A stretch of DNA of 64,000 nucleotides from Octopus vulgaris (GCA_951406725.2 OX597816.1:131688001-131752000), one strand, 5' to 3'. Positions 1 to 12,260 are shown, counted from the first letter of the stretch. Made by a program: numbers and translations. The notes: a model not told the origin generated them from the sequence alone.

Positions 1-36
1 ACGGACGCTAAACGATGATGATGATGATGATGATGA

Positions 37-90
<54 letters not shown>

Positions 91-118
91 TATATATTAT
101 ATTATGTGTATATATATA
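1..118 (+). repeat. 3' end of a (GAT)n-tailed RTE-related repeat followed by (TA)n
   Basis: acggacgctaaac(gat)n matches the tails at 15901-15938 and 33860-33892. Confidence 0.75.
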
Positions 119-481
119 TTGGGCTGGCCAGAATGAAGTGCGTCTTTGAGGTCAAAATTTCCATATTTGAACTTGGCATACCAATCACAAGCAGTTCGTT
201 CAGTTATGGCACCCGTTCCATACACAGTACAAATGTTGCAAGCAACCTTGATTAAAAGCAAAAAGAAGGAGGTGTCGAAAATACTCGTTTTTCTTAACTT
301 GACATTCCATTTTAATGATCTGAAAGTAAACAAAAATTAACTAACATTAACTAGGAAAAAAAAATATAGATTCCAAAATGATTCAAAAACAGAATTCTGA
401 AAAAAAAAAAATAGATTCCAAAATTTAAAAACAATAAATTCCAAAATTTAAAAAACAGCAGGAACTTTATTGCCAACCCAA
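119..481 (-). mobile_element. mariner transposon 5' remnant (TIR plus N-terminal HTH fragment)
   Basis: Minus-strand TA|ttgggttggcaataaagtt TIR; peptide NICTVYGTGAITERTACDWYAKFKYGNFDLKDALHSGQP resembles the Mos1/SETMAR-type HTH. Confidence 0.85.
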
Positions 482-502
482 TATATATATATATTATATA
501 AC

Positions 503-583
503 TAACAGAGATACTTGGCTTTGCTCATGTCACATGGAATTTCAATTCCATGTGACATGGGCAAAAGTCGGGTATCTCTGTTA
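503..583. repeat. imperfect palindrome (~40-bp arms) beside (TA)n
   Basis: taacagagatac...catgtcacatggaatt-tc-aattccatgtgacatg...gtatctctgtta. Confidence 0.85.
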
Positions 584-1885
584 AACTTTTCTTTTATATT
601 TCTCTAATGAACTGGAATACCTATGATTCGAATTTCATCAAAATTGCAGATTAAGAATTTTAATGAGGGTTCTTTCCCCTCTTTACACACCCTAACAAAA
701 ATTCTAATCATGACATATATATCCCATACTAGTCATCTTTATGCCAAGATTCCAAAATCCAAATTTTATGAAGCCTGTTCAAACTTTTTCGCTCCTGAAA
801 AATGGAGCACATGGAGCTCTAAAATGTGGGAATTAAGGCTCCTATTAAAGTCAACCAGAGAAGTTGAATTGTTGGGAATCTTTTTTAACTTGGGTCTTAT
901 ATCTATATGAATGTTCACTGAGTTTGTAAAAGAGAGCAAAGCTACAGGAAACCAAAAGATGAATGATCACAATAAGCAGTCAGCTACCCTTCCCTAGTCA
1001 TTACCATTCCTCAATGTTGGATTCCTCACCATACAGGTGATGGGCACAGCCATAAGATGCATTACGGATCTATAGCAATTGGAAGGGCATGACCCAACTC
1101 AAATAAACATTAACATCTGTGTGACATGAGGGATAAGGGGAAATGAAAGTGTCACTTCTGGAGTTTGCCAATAATCACTATGCTGATAGGTAATGGACAG
1201 AACAAATTTGCTATCTATAAATCTCTTTGAATGACCAATCACTTATCTGAGAAGGCCTTGAAATCAATGTTACTATCTAGGAACTATCTCTGACCCAGTA
1301 ATAATAAAAAGACTCAAAGGTAGTCTGCAACCAAATAACTTTACTCAAAATAACACTTTGCAACTGAATCAGTGGATGCAAAGATGCCTCTCCTTTGCTT
1401 GACAATTTATGCACCACATGGCAGAAATCACAAACTAAGTATATCTCAAAGCAAACTCTTACACTGTTGTACCATTGAATTACAAATAATGCTCATCTTG
1501 TATGCTTGGGTGACTCTATAGCTTCCAAGATTACAATTGTATTCATCTTGGCTTAGGAAAAATGACTAAATTGTTGGGGCTAGGGACCAATTAAGGGGTC
1601 TTACTAACTCCTAAGAAGTTGAAATTTGAAATTTAAGGAATATTACTTCATTTTTGTCTAATATCTATGGTTAAAATTTTATCAACAGCAAAAATATAAG
1701 AATTTTTATGGGGGTTATGGCCTCATTTATACCCCCTCACTGTCAAACATATAAAGACATTGACTTTTATATAGTAGATATATATATGAATGCATGTATA
1801 TATGTGTTTATATATGTGTACATATTACATACACATTTATATATATACATATGTGCAGATGTATACATATATATATATATATATA

Positions 1886-2282
1886 CTAGCAGTATCAACC
1901 GGCGTTGCTCGGGTTTGTAAGGGAAATAACTATATAAGCATTTTTAGAGATGTAAAGTATAATAGCCATCTCAATATGGCTAACAACAAAGTGGTGGGTG
2001 TTACTGTAGCTTTTTACGTTCTGAGATAAAGTAATAAATTTTTAGAGAGTTACTTCCCTTATATATGCCAAAAATGCATTAAAAATGGGAAAAATTGATG
2101 GTAAATTATTTTTAAAATCGTAGACTCATCGTAGACGCGCGCTAATACCTAGAAGGGCTCGATATGAATCACGACTATAAGATATCCGGTTTTGGTTAAA
2201 CTGTACCGCAAAATGTGGGAGTAGTTAGGAATCTAAATCGTAGGAGACAGACAGCACACAACCTCACTTTTATATATAAAGA
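1886..2282 (-). mobile_element. non-autonomous Helitron
   Basis: Minus strand begins A|TCtttatatataaaa and ends with hairpin cccgagcaacgccgg then CTAG|T; no TSD; homologous to 3472-4344. Confidence 0.85.
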
Positions 2283-2286
2283 TATA

Positions 2287-2700
2287 TCTCTTATTATAAA
2301 AGGCAGATTTTATCTGCCTCCCTTTGGGAGTTATAGAAATCTACAATATAGGATTTCTTCAATTACAATTTACCTAGCAGTTTTAAGAGTACAATGCATC
2401 GCGTCATGCCAGGTCCAGTTTTTAAAATTTAAACTCCAATTAAGCAAAATTTACAGAAAACTCACATTCTGGTGTGTGTGTCAAATGCTTTTCTTAGTCT
2501 GGTTTACACCACACGCAAACGCACACACACAGTGGGCAACGAATAAAATGAAAGTAAATAGCGACAGAGTGATTTGAGGAAGACTAAAGTGAAAGTATTC
2601 TGTCTATGACGCTGATAGATACATGAGTAAAATGTATGGGAAGCTAAGAGCTAAGAGTGAGTGAAAATGTTCTTGGAAGAGAGTAATTAGTAATAAAGTA
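2287..2700 (+). mobile_element. Helitron-like 5' fragment (different family)
   Basis: A|TCtcttattataaaa start typical of Helitron 5' ends; no 3' CTAG hairpin before (CATA)n. Confidence 0.5.
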
Positions 2701-2745
2701 AACATACATACATACATACATACATACATACATACATACATACAT

Positions 2746-2776
<31 letters not shown>

Positions 2777-3033
2777 TACACACACACATACATACACACA
2801 CACATACATACATACACACATACACACATACATACATACATACATATACATACATACATACATATACATACATACATACACACACACACATACACACACA
2901 CACATTGAAGCTTGAGAACAATCAGATACATTTGCAACACATCTGTTGAAAATATTATTGTTCACACACATACATATACATATATACATACAGACAGACA
3001 GACAGATAGACACACACACACACACACACACAC
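2701..3033. repeat. compound (CATA)n/(CA)n/(CAGA)n microsatellite
   Basis: Directly visible. Confidence 0.95.
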
Positions 3034-3084
3034 ATGATCCAGCATGGCCACAACCTCAAGGCTGAAACATATAAAAGAATAACA

Positions 3085-3450
3085 GAATATAAATGTGTGC
3101 AAAGTACAAGAAATATTAATGCAGTATATGGGGATTGGACAATAAGCGTAAGGCAGTGTCAATGGTGGTTCCAGAAATCCCGAGCCATAAACTACAGCCT
3201 AGAAGACGAGCCTCATCCTGAAAGATCTGTAGAACTCGACAAGGACATCCTGAAAACCCTGGTGGAACAAAATATCATCGTAACTGTTGAGGAACTAGCA
3301 GAGAAGCTTGGATTTGGTCATTCAACCATTCATTGACACCTGTGTGCTATCGGAAAAGTCAGCAAATTGGGTCAATGGGTTCCTCACGAACTTTCCGAGT
3401 CTAATTGCATGCAGAGAGTGAATGTATGCTTTTCTTTGCTGTCATATCTC
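3085..3450 (+). pseudogene. mariner transposase N-terminal fragment, preceded by a SINE-A tail remnant (3034-3084)
   Basis: NINAVYG...QWWFQK...SLEDEP...TVEELAEKLG...stop...KLGQWVPHEL; WVPHEL is the mariner signature. Confidence 0.9.
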
Positions 3451-3471
3451 ACCACTACTGCGCTATGTATA

Positions 3472-4344
3472 TCTATATATATAAAACTGTAGTTGTGTGA
3501 GTGTCTGTCCCCTTCGATTTAGATTCCTAACTACTCCCACATTTTGCGGTACAGTTTAACCAAATTCGGGTAGCTTATAGTCGTGATTCATATCGAGCCC
3601 GTCTGAATATTAGCGCGCGTCTACGATGAGTCTACGATTTTAAAAATAATTTAACATCATTTTTTATTCCATTTTAATGCATAATTTTTCGTGTGTCGAT
3701 GGCGGCGGAGTTGGCGTCCACGCTCACACCTGCACCTGTGGGGAAGGGAGTGTAAGGAAATCAACGTCGTAATGCGTTGTCAAGGAGACCAGTGTTCTTT
3801 TAGAACAACGACTTCATGGCTTGAAGACACCAAAACAGAAATGGCTAAGAAAGCGTCTACGATGAGTCTACGATTTTAAAAATAATTTAACATCATTTTT
3901 TATTCCATTTTAATGCATAATTTTTCGTGTGTCGATGGCGGCGGAGTTGGCGTCCACGCTCACACCTGCACCTGTGGGGAAGGGAGTGTAAGGAAATCAA
4001 CGTCGTAATGCGTTGTCAAGGAGACCAGTGTTCTTTTAGAACAACGACTTCATGGCTTGAAGACACCAAAACAGAAATGGCTAAGAAAGCGTCTACATGA
4101 GTCTACGATTTAAAAAAAAATTTACCATCGTTTTTTTTCCATTTTAATGCATTTTTTCGCTATTATATAAGGGAAGTAACTCTCTAAAAATGTCTACGAT
4201 GAGTCAACGATTTTAAAAAAAATTTACCATCATATTTTTTCCATTTTTAATGCATTTTTTGCTATTTTTTGGCTATAACTCTCTAAAAATGCTTATATAG
4301 TTATTTCCCTTACAAACCCGAGCAACGCCGGGCGATACTGCTAG
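3472..4344 (+). mobile_element. non-autonomous Helitron with an internal 236-bp tandem duplication
   Basis: A|TCtatatatataaaa start; cccgagcaacgccggg hairpin and CTAG|T end; 3617-3852 repeated at 3853-4088. Confidence 0.88.
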
Positions 4345-4348
4345 TATA

Positions 4349-4384
<36 letters not shown>

Positions 4385-4552
4385 TGCATATATATATATA
4401 TGTGAGATGATAGTTTCACTTTAATAGTTTCAGTATTAATAGCAAAACTATTAAACTGAAAGTATCTCACTTTACAATAAAGAGATGTGGGGAGACAAAC
4501 ACAGACACAACGACACACACATAAACATATACATATATATATTAATATATAT

Positions 4553-4797
4553 ATCATCATCATCATCATCATCGTTTAACGTCCGTTTTCCGCGCTAGCA
4601 CGGGTTGGACGGTTTCGACCGGGGTCTGGGGAGCTCGGGACTGCCCCAGGCTCCAGTCTAGTCTGGCAGTGTTTCTACAGCTGGATGCCCTTCCTAACGC
4701 CAACCACTCCGCGAGTGTAGTGGGTGTTTTTTACGTGCCACCTGCACAGGTGCCAGAGGGGTCTGGCATCGGCCACGTTCCGATGGTGCTTTTTATG
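4553..4797 (-). mobile_element. (GAT)n-tailed RTE 3'-end repeat (CpG-rich, young)
   Basis: (cat)n-cgtttaacgtccgttttcc...ctggatgcccttcctaacgccaaccactc shared with many copies. Confidence 0.85.
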
Positions 4798-5488
4798 TGG
4801 GGGGGGTGCAGAAATATAGGGGAGCACCAGTGGGGAGGGGTGGTTCAGAGAAATGATGACAGGTTCTAGGCAAGTAGAACGTAGGATATCGAGAGAGGGG
4901 TAATGCATGGTGAAATAGCGTATTGAAGAGGGGGTTCGAAGAGTAGACACCTATAATGGTGGTGGGAGAAGCGACATCCGGTATAGATGGAGCAAAATAT
5001 AGAGATATCCGGTATTGGTGGTGGGGGTGGGCAGGGCGGGTGCACCGCGAAGATACGAAGTTTGATTTTTGACGAATGAAGATAGATAGATAGATAGAGA
5101 AATTTGATAAATAGTTAGACAGATAGAGAAACATAAGAGGGAGTATCCGGTGTAGATGGTGAGAACAGTGTTCACCGGCATTGGTGGTGGGGGCGGGAGG
5201 GCGGGCGCACCGCGCATTGGGAGAAGATGAGGTTTTAGGCGGCAGAAAGAAGACAGGATTGAGATGAAATGCTTTGCGGTGGTGTGAATAAGTTTTTGTG
5301 AGTGAAAGTTTTTATGCTTCAGCTAGCATTTGAGACGAGAGACAACGATAACGCTATTAGATGGGGATACAATAATAATAAGGCTTGCAAAAACAATGAA
5401 AAGAGGAAACAGGTCGGGAACTTAGCTTGATGTTTTTCATCCTGCGGTATTGGCTAAGCCTGTGGAAGCGAGTGAAGGTGAGATATAT

Positions 5489-5527
<39 letters not shown>

Positions 5528-5581
5528 GTGACACCGCGCATTGGGAGATGAGGTTTTAGGCGGCAGAAAGAAGACAGGATT

Positions 5582-5637
<56 letters not shown>

Positions 5638-5643
<6 letters not shown>

Positions 5644-5795
5644 GCTTCTTTTAGTTTCCATCTACCAAATTCACTCACAAGGCTTTGGTCAGTTTGAGGC
5701 TATAGTAGAAGACACTTGCCCAAGGTGTCACACAGTAGGACTGAACCCGGAACCATGTAGTTGAGAAGTAAGCTTCTTACCACACAGCTGCGCCT
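5638..5795 (-). mobile_element. tRNA-derived SINE family A, head
   Basis: Minus strand: tgtggtaagaagct (A-box-like), gggttcagtcc (B-box-like), ccttgggcaagtgtcttctactatagcc core, ending in a microsatellite. Confidence 0.85.
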
Positions 5796-5814
5796 TGATT
5801 CTAATGTACATGCA

Positions 5815-5847
<33 letters not shown>

Positions 5848-6097
5848 GGGTATGTTTATATATATGTATATACATATTTACATATATGTATACATACATA
5901 TGTATATTATAATGTATATATATATATATATATAAATATACTTCATATATATATATTATAATGTATATATATTTATATAATTTATATATATATATATATT
6001 ATTATAATGTATGTATATACATATATATAAACATACATATATATATATGTACATACACATACATATATGCAAACATACATACACACATAGATTCATA

Positions 6098-6950
6098 TGT
6101 TGTCTGATCAATAAGTATCCGGACTGTTGCCATAGCAACGAAGCTAAAGCACACAGAGTGAAGCTGCTCGGCAAAGATTAATCTTGAACTCTGTGGTGTC
6201 TTGCACGCTAAGTTTTAATGTTCTGGCTCACTTCCGTTGTTTACAGCAGTGCTTGGAGGGAAGCTGTGTAGTGTATGATTGTCACATTGACCATGACAAA
6301 GAAAGTTGAGCAGAGAGTCTTCATCAAATTTTGCCAATAGCTTGGCGATACCTGTTGAGAAGTCTATGCAAAGTTTTCAAAAAGTGTTCATCGTTATTGA
6401 CACAATCAAGATCTTGTGCAACTGGAAGCGGAGTGTCATTTTAGTCAGCTGAAAGCAGTTTTGGCATAAACTTGGCTGACACACATCTCATACCCAAATC
6501 TTCAATGGTAATTTACTGAACTGAACCATAACTGATCTGTATATCCTTTGATAACTCACAGATGGTGATTCGATGATTTCCCCTCACAGCTGCACATACA
6601 TCTGTGATGTTTTTCTCAGTTTTGCTGGTTGCAGGACTCACAGAATGTTCGTCAATATCGATATTTTTTGGGCCATCTTGGAAGCATCAGAACCATTTGT
6701 ACACTTGTGTGCAGCTCATACACTCCCATCCATGCACTTTCTGAGAAGTATCGCCATGACAATGCGATGATCACACACTGTATACCTTCTTTCCATGTAC
6801 TTCTGTAAACAGTGGAGGTGAGCTAGAATGTTAAAATTTGGTGCATATGCACAACAGAGTTCAAGGTCAATCTTTGCCAAGCAGTTTCACTCAGCATGCT
6901 TTAGCTTTGTTACTATAGCAACAGCCCAGATACTTTTTGATCAGATTTCA
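6098..6950. mobile_element. fold-back mariner derivative made of two 5' ends
   Basis: TA-flanked; ~200-bp diverged inverted arms; + strand MTKKVEQRVFIKFC; - strand QVYKWF..FQDG...RITICEL...LGMRCVSAKFMPKLL. Confidence 0.85.
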
Positions 6951-9035
6951 TATATGTATGTACATGCATATGTAGATTTGTTTATGTGCATGAAACAATT
7001 CTACCAGTTAAAAGCCAACATTGTATCAAAGAGTTACTCAGCCTCTTGTTAAAATATAGACTTAAATAATATGTATGAGACTGAAATGAAAACTGGGTGT
7101 CAATATCATGGACAAAAATCTTCTGGATAGTGCACCAGCATGGCCACAGTCTCTGTGACTAAAAATAGTAAAAAAAAAAACAGAAAGCAGTAAAAAGCAA
7201 AAGATTGTGTAAAGAAGAAGAACATGAGTATCAACTTATTTTTGTTAATACCACTGTAAAAAACCCCGATCGACTTTGAAGCTTGTTGCTATGACATCCA
7301 TCTTTCATTTCTAGTCACATTTGAGATAGCATCATGAATATAAGCTGTTGTGCTTAGTCAGTTGCACTCATTTGATGAAGTATATAGATTATGCGTTATT
7401 GGTTACCAAGTGCATTTGATCAAACTTCACACACCCTCCTATCTAAAAGCAACATTCAATACTGCCCTGGTCGGTCTCGCTCTGAGCATAAATTCTGATT
7501 ATGAATAATAAATGTTATTGATATTTTACTTAGTGATGACTAATAGTAATTTGTCTTGATTAACTTTACAATTAACAGTAAAAGCCATATTTTTGTTGCT
7601 GGCTTTGCTGAAATTTCTTTTTCATCTTTTTAATACTGCATGCTAAACAATATGTATAAAAAACAACAACAACAACAACAACAACAAAAACGAGCAAAAA
7701 TCTCCACAAAACAACTAGTTAAACTATTTGACCACTATTTAAAATGATATCACTGATTATCAAACTTTAGTTCACATGCATACACAATTACAAGCTAAAA
7801 TTCAAACACGCATACTCATACATACTCATACATAATCATACAAACATTGTAATATAAATTCTCTCTTTCTCTTATATATTTAGATAGGCAGGATATGTAA
7901 ATGGTTTAGGGAATGGAATATGTATTCAGCTATTATCAGTATTGTTACAGTCAATGACGTCTGTAAAGGAAACTCTTTAATATATAATGTATAATAACAT
8001 TGAGCTATTCTTGTTTATCATAATTTTTATTTTAATATATTTCCTTTTCTTTACTATAATAAAAGAGGGTATGTATGTTTTTTGTGAGTCTTTATGTCTG
8101 TGTGTTCATATATCTATGCATACATGCGTGTTCTTACAAATATTCAGCTTCTATGTTTGTCTGTCTGTCTGTATGTCTGTCTCGGTCTGTCTATATCTCT
8201 CTCTCTCTCACTGATTTAAGACTGTTTGGAGTGAAATTACATTAGATATCTTAAACATACCCTGATGAATAGGCAGAAACCATATGGAGTGTTCTGCTTA
8301 CTATAGAGACTGTTCTATTTATTACTTGGGAAGACAGAAAATTCAGCTTTCTGTTATATTTTAGTGAAGCATAAATCCACACAGACTGTGGTTAGTTTGG
8401 TAATGTCCTTACTAGCCTTGGTCTGGTCAGTTGATTTCATTTGGTGCAGATGGGAACATCTTAATAAGCTTTCTGTCCACAGTGAGAGGTAATTTAAAGG
8501 GTGAGAGCACAAAATATTTTATTTGAAATTCTGAAAAGAGTACTTGTTGAATCCAGATGTTTTACAATAAGACATTGTAAAACTGTAACAGGAAATTATA
8601 TATCTGAGAATGAGAGCAGAAAAACTTAATTTCCAGTAGACCAAATTTTAGTCATGAGATCAGTCTTTGGATTGTTGTTGTTTTGAGCAGTGTCTGTGTC
8701 ATGATATAAGTAGCAGTTGTGTATTTGTGCTGTTATGTCTCCTCCATTGAAGGATGATTTTGAAGTCTTTTCATGGCTTCAGTGCTTGTTTGATATGAGC
8801 TGTCTAGGTTATGTATGAATGACATTTGTATGTGCATCTAAAAATAGCTACAGAGGATGAAGTATGGTATTGTGAGCGAAGGAGCAAATGCTCTCAGAAG
8901 TGACAGACATTCATTTGGATGTACAGAATGAAGGTTATGAAAGGCATTAAGGGAACTTGGGTTAATTTAGAATTCATAGAACATGGGAAATGATGAAGGC
9001 AGTGCTTGTTTACAACTATTTCCATCACCTTTTAG

Positions 9036-9200
9036 AACTGGTGTAGCTAGAGGTGGGGGTGTGTGCAAAGGGGGGGGGGGGCAGTCCACCCCAGGCTGCA
9101 CTTTTGGGTCTGCTGTGGGCAAAATGAATTTTTTGTGGGTGCCCAGGGGTGGCAAACTGAAAGGCTGCCCTGGGTGGTGCACAGTCTAGTTATGCAAGTG
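9036..9200. mobile_element. hAT-type MITE
   Basis: Exact 8-bp TSD ccttttag (9028-9035, 9201-9208); TIRs aactggtgtagctag / ctagttatgcaagtg. Confidence 0.85.
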
Positions 9201-9785
9201 CCTTTTAGATATTAAAAGTGAGAGCAATGAGACAGTAGAAGGCAGGATCAAAGAGATTGCTTTTCTTTAGAATGAGAAAGACTGCATAGCGTTTCTGTAG
9301 AGAATTGAAGAATTTGATAGCACCTAAGTTTCCTATTTGAGAAAAACAAATACCTTTAGAACTGGCTGAAATGTTGAAATGGCGTGATTAGAAAAGTTGT
9401 TGTGGCTTAACTTCAGATGAGTTTCGTTGATGTTTGTTCCCTACATAAGACACCCATCAGTTGATGGGAAGGTATGACCCTTTTGGTAGTTTTTTTTTGG
9501 TTTTTCTGTTCTTTGCTTGTTTGTGACTGGTCACAAAAAGTGCTCCGCAATTGAATGGAAGAATTTAATTAGTGTAAAATGATAAATGTCCTTAAAGTTG
9601 GTAGATCTGACTTGCAGAAACAAAAATGCAATGCCTGAGGAAGCATCTATGTTGAAAGGAATTTGAAAAAAATTTCAAATTCATAAATAATAATAAGAGC
9701 AATCTTAAGTAATAGCTAATGACTATAGAAAATTGTTACTTAATGAATGTATTGGGTGCAGAAACATATGAATTACTATCCCAAG

Positions 9786-9810
9786 TTATTATAGTTATTT
9801 ATTATTATTA

Positions 9811-9858
<48 letters not shown>
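9786..9858. repeat. (TTA)n microsatellite
   Basis: Directly visible. Confidence 0.95.
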
Positions 9859-9861
<3 letters not shown>

Positions 9862-10304
9862 AAACAAGCAGGTTTGGGTCTGTTTGGAATTATAAGTAGA
9901 ACGTACTTAACTATACTGCTGCACAATGGAACAAAGTTCAAAAACCTGTGGTTGTGAAGTGAATTTTTTTAACTACACAGTCATGTCTGTTCTTTTCTTA
10001 ATGTATTTGATAATTAACAACATTTTTTTCTTGTTGTGATCTGGTTAGTTTATAAATGAAAAATACAAAAAGATATGTAATTTTTTTTATTTTCAATGTT
10101 TTGAATGTCATGCTCTCTTTCTGAATATGTGAATGAATGTTTAAAGTTTTCATATAAAATAGCATAAATATTTTGGGTTATACTGTAGTAAAGAATTCTG
10201 AATAATATTTGTTTCTATGTGTTATGGATGAAATTGAAACGAAAAAATACAGACCGAGACTTCTGGCAATTTGCTGTGTTTGGGAAGACACATCATGCTA
10301 AGTG

Positions 10305-10528
10305 AAATCATGGTCATGGCCAGTGCTGGTGATATGTAAAAGACACTCAGTACACTCTGTTGAGTGGTTGGCATTAGGAAGGGCACCCAACCATAGAAAC
10401 CAAGCCAAAACAGTCTGGAGCCTGGTGCAGCTCTCTGGTTTACCAGTTCCAGTCAAATTCCAGTCAACATATGCCAACATGGAAAATGGACATTAAATGA
10501 TGATGATGACGACGACGACGACGACGAC

Positions 10529-10563
<35 letters not shown>

Positions 10564-10600
10564 CGATGATGACGACGACGACGACGATGATGATGGTGGT
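10305..10600 (+). mobile_element. (GAT)n-tailed RTE 3'-end repeat
   Basis: gagtggttggcattaggaagggca...catggaaaatggacattaaa(tga/cga)n. Confidence 0.85.
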
Positions 10601-10916
10601 GAATACGTTTAATATGGTAATTAACTGAATATACAGTGGATGAAATAATTGTAAAAAATTTTTTTCTGTTGGGAAGGTTTTTGTAAGAGGAAAAATATGA
10701 TGATGTTGATGTGCATAAGTACGATAGGTAAAAAGATCCTAGTAAAGAATTCAGTATTTGGTCAAGACATAAATTAAGAAATTCAAAATGGAGTAAGGCT
10801 AATGTGCTAAAGTTATTATTATAAGAAAAGAAAAGAAAAATTAACTAAAACTGACTACATTAAATTAGATATAAAAACTGAAATTAGAAAATTAAACTAG
10901 AACAACCCATATAAAT

Positions 10917-11195
10917 CCATCACAAGGTTTCTTGTGGTGTGAGGGCTTGCATGCCTTGATGACTCTCAGAGTTATAACTAGCAAAGTGCAGATTCTTAGT
11001 AGGGTGTCCCCATGCAGGACAGGTCAAATGAGAGAAGCCAGAAAAATATGGACCATCACAGGTTTGCATTGGGTAAACATCTTTACCTAGAAAAGAGTAA
11101 AGTTAAGAAACATTGATGACAATTCAAAACCAACAAGACCTGGAACACTGGAGAGAGGTCATTGATGGTCTATTTTCCATAGGAACCAAAGGGGT
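10917..11195 (+). mobile_element. short RTE/Bov-B-like non-autonomous element (5' UTR joined to a 3' end)
   Basis: ttgtggtgtgagggcttgcatg...agggt..cccatgcaggacaggtca...ccagaaaaatatggacc resembles the Bov-B/RTE 5' UTR as recalled; ends ctggagagaggtcattgatggtctattttccatagg like RTE 3' ends. Confidence 0.55.
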
Positions 11196-11330
11196 ACCTA
11201 TGGCTCCCTATTTGGTTCCCTTTTTGGTTCCTACAAATACTTTGTAGTAGATGAAAATGATGAAAATACAACGCACTGATATGAAGGAGAAAATTAAGAA
11301 AAGGGCATTACAAAAGATTCAGTCTAATAT

Positions 11331-11527
11331 TAGTTTCAAATTTTGACACAGGGCCAGCAATTTTGGGGGAGGGGATAAGTTGATTACATTGACCCCAATG
11401 TCCAACTGGTACTATTTTATCAACCCTAAAAGGATAGAAGGCAAAGTTGGCCTCAGCACAATTTCAACTCAGAATGTGAAGACAGATGATCTGCCACTGA
11501 ACATATTGCCTGGTGTGCTCATGATCA
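11331..11527 (-). mobile_element. SINE family B
   Basis: actggtact..ttatcaacc..aaaggat.gaaggcaaagtt..cctc..aatt.aactcagaa core shared with 57655-57868. Confidence 0.8.
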
Positions 11528-12260
11528 TTAATGTCTCCTCCCTTGACTATAATGAGATCTTGCTTAGCCTGTTGGCCTACTGTAGGTTGCTATATCCTCT
11601 CTCAAAGACAGAGTGAACTCAGCCTCTGCTAGTCAATGAATTGCATAGAACTAACTACCTAACAGTGAGGGATGAGTTAACTGTTTTCTCCATGGACATA
11701 GCATGCATTTGGGAATCCACGTTTCAAGAAAGAATTTTTAAAAACAGTATCTTGCAAGTTACTGGTATATCAGAAATATTTAAAACAATTTATTCAGTAT
11801 CACTGCATTTATGCATGAATGCACAGCCCTCACTTGCATGCAAATATGACTTGGTTGTAAACACCATTCTTTCACAAATTTCTTTAAGTGTCTAGGTAGT
11901 CTCATATAGATAGAGATACCTTCATGGCCATCCCACTCTTGACCCAGGAGAGCATCAAGAATGTGACAAATGGAGGAAGAAAAAACTGCACCAGTTTTTG
12001 GCTGATACTGATTTATTATCTGAGAAGACAGGAGCAATTATGAAATGAAGTGCAAAAACTGAAGGACATGGCACACTGGTCAGCCCAGGAATTGAATGCA
12101 TGATTTTATGATTGTAAAGTCAAAATTTCCTACTAATAGGCCACACATTTTTACATGAGATTTATACTTGTAAAAGTAAAAAAAAAAAAACAGTTGTAAA
12201 AAACAAAGAGGGGATAAATAGAAAAATAAAAAATATTGAAAATAAAGTAAGAAGTGTAAG

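Noticed and set aside
600-1740. Possible decayed Penelope RT/endonuclease
   Set aside because: Only a faint LKSMLLSRNY resemblance; not supportable by eye.
2604-3031. ORFs rich in CV/MY/YI/HT repeats (also near 21.4, 24.1, 31.4, 35.1, 54.0 and 61.3 kb)
   Set aside because: They are translations of di- and tetranucleotide microsatellites, open in many frames on both strands.
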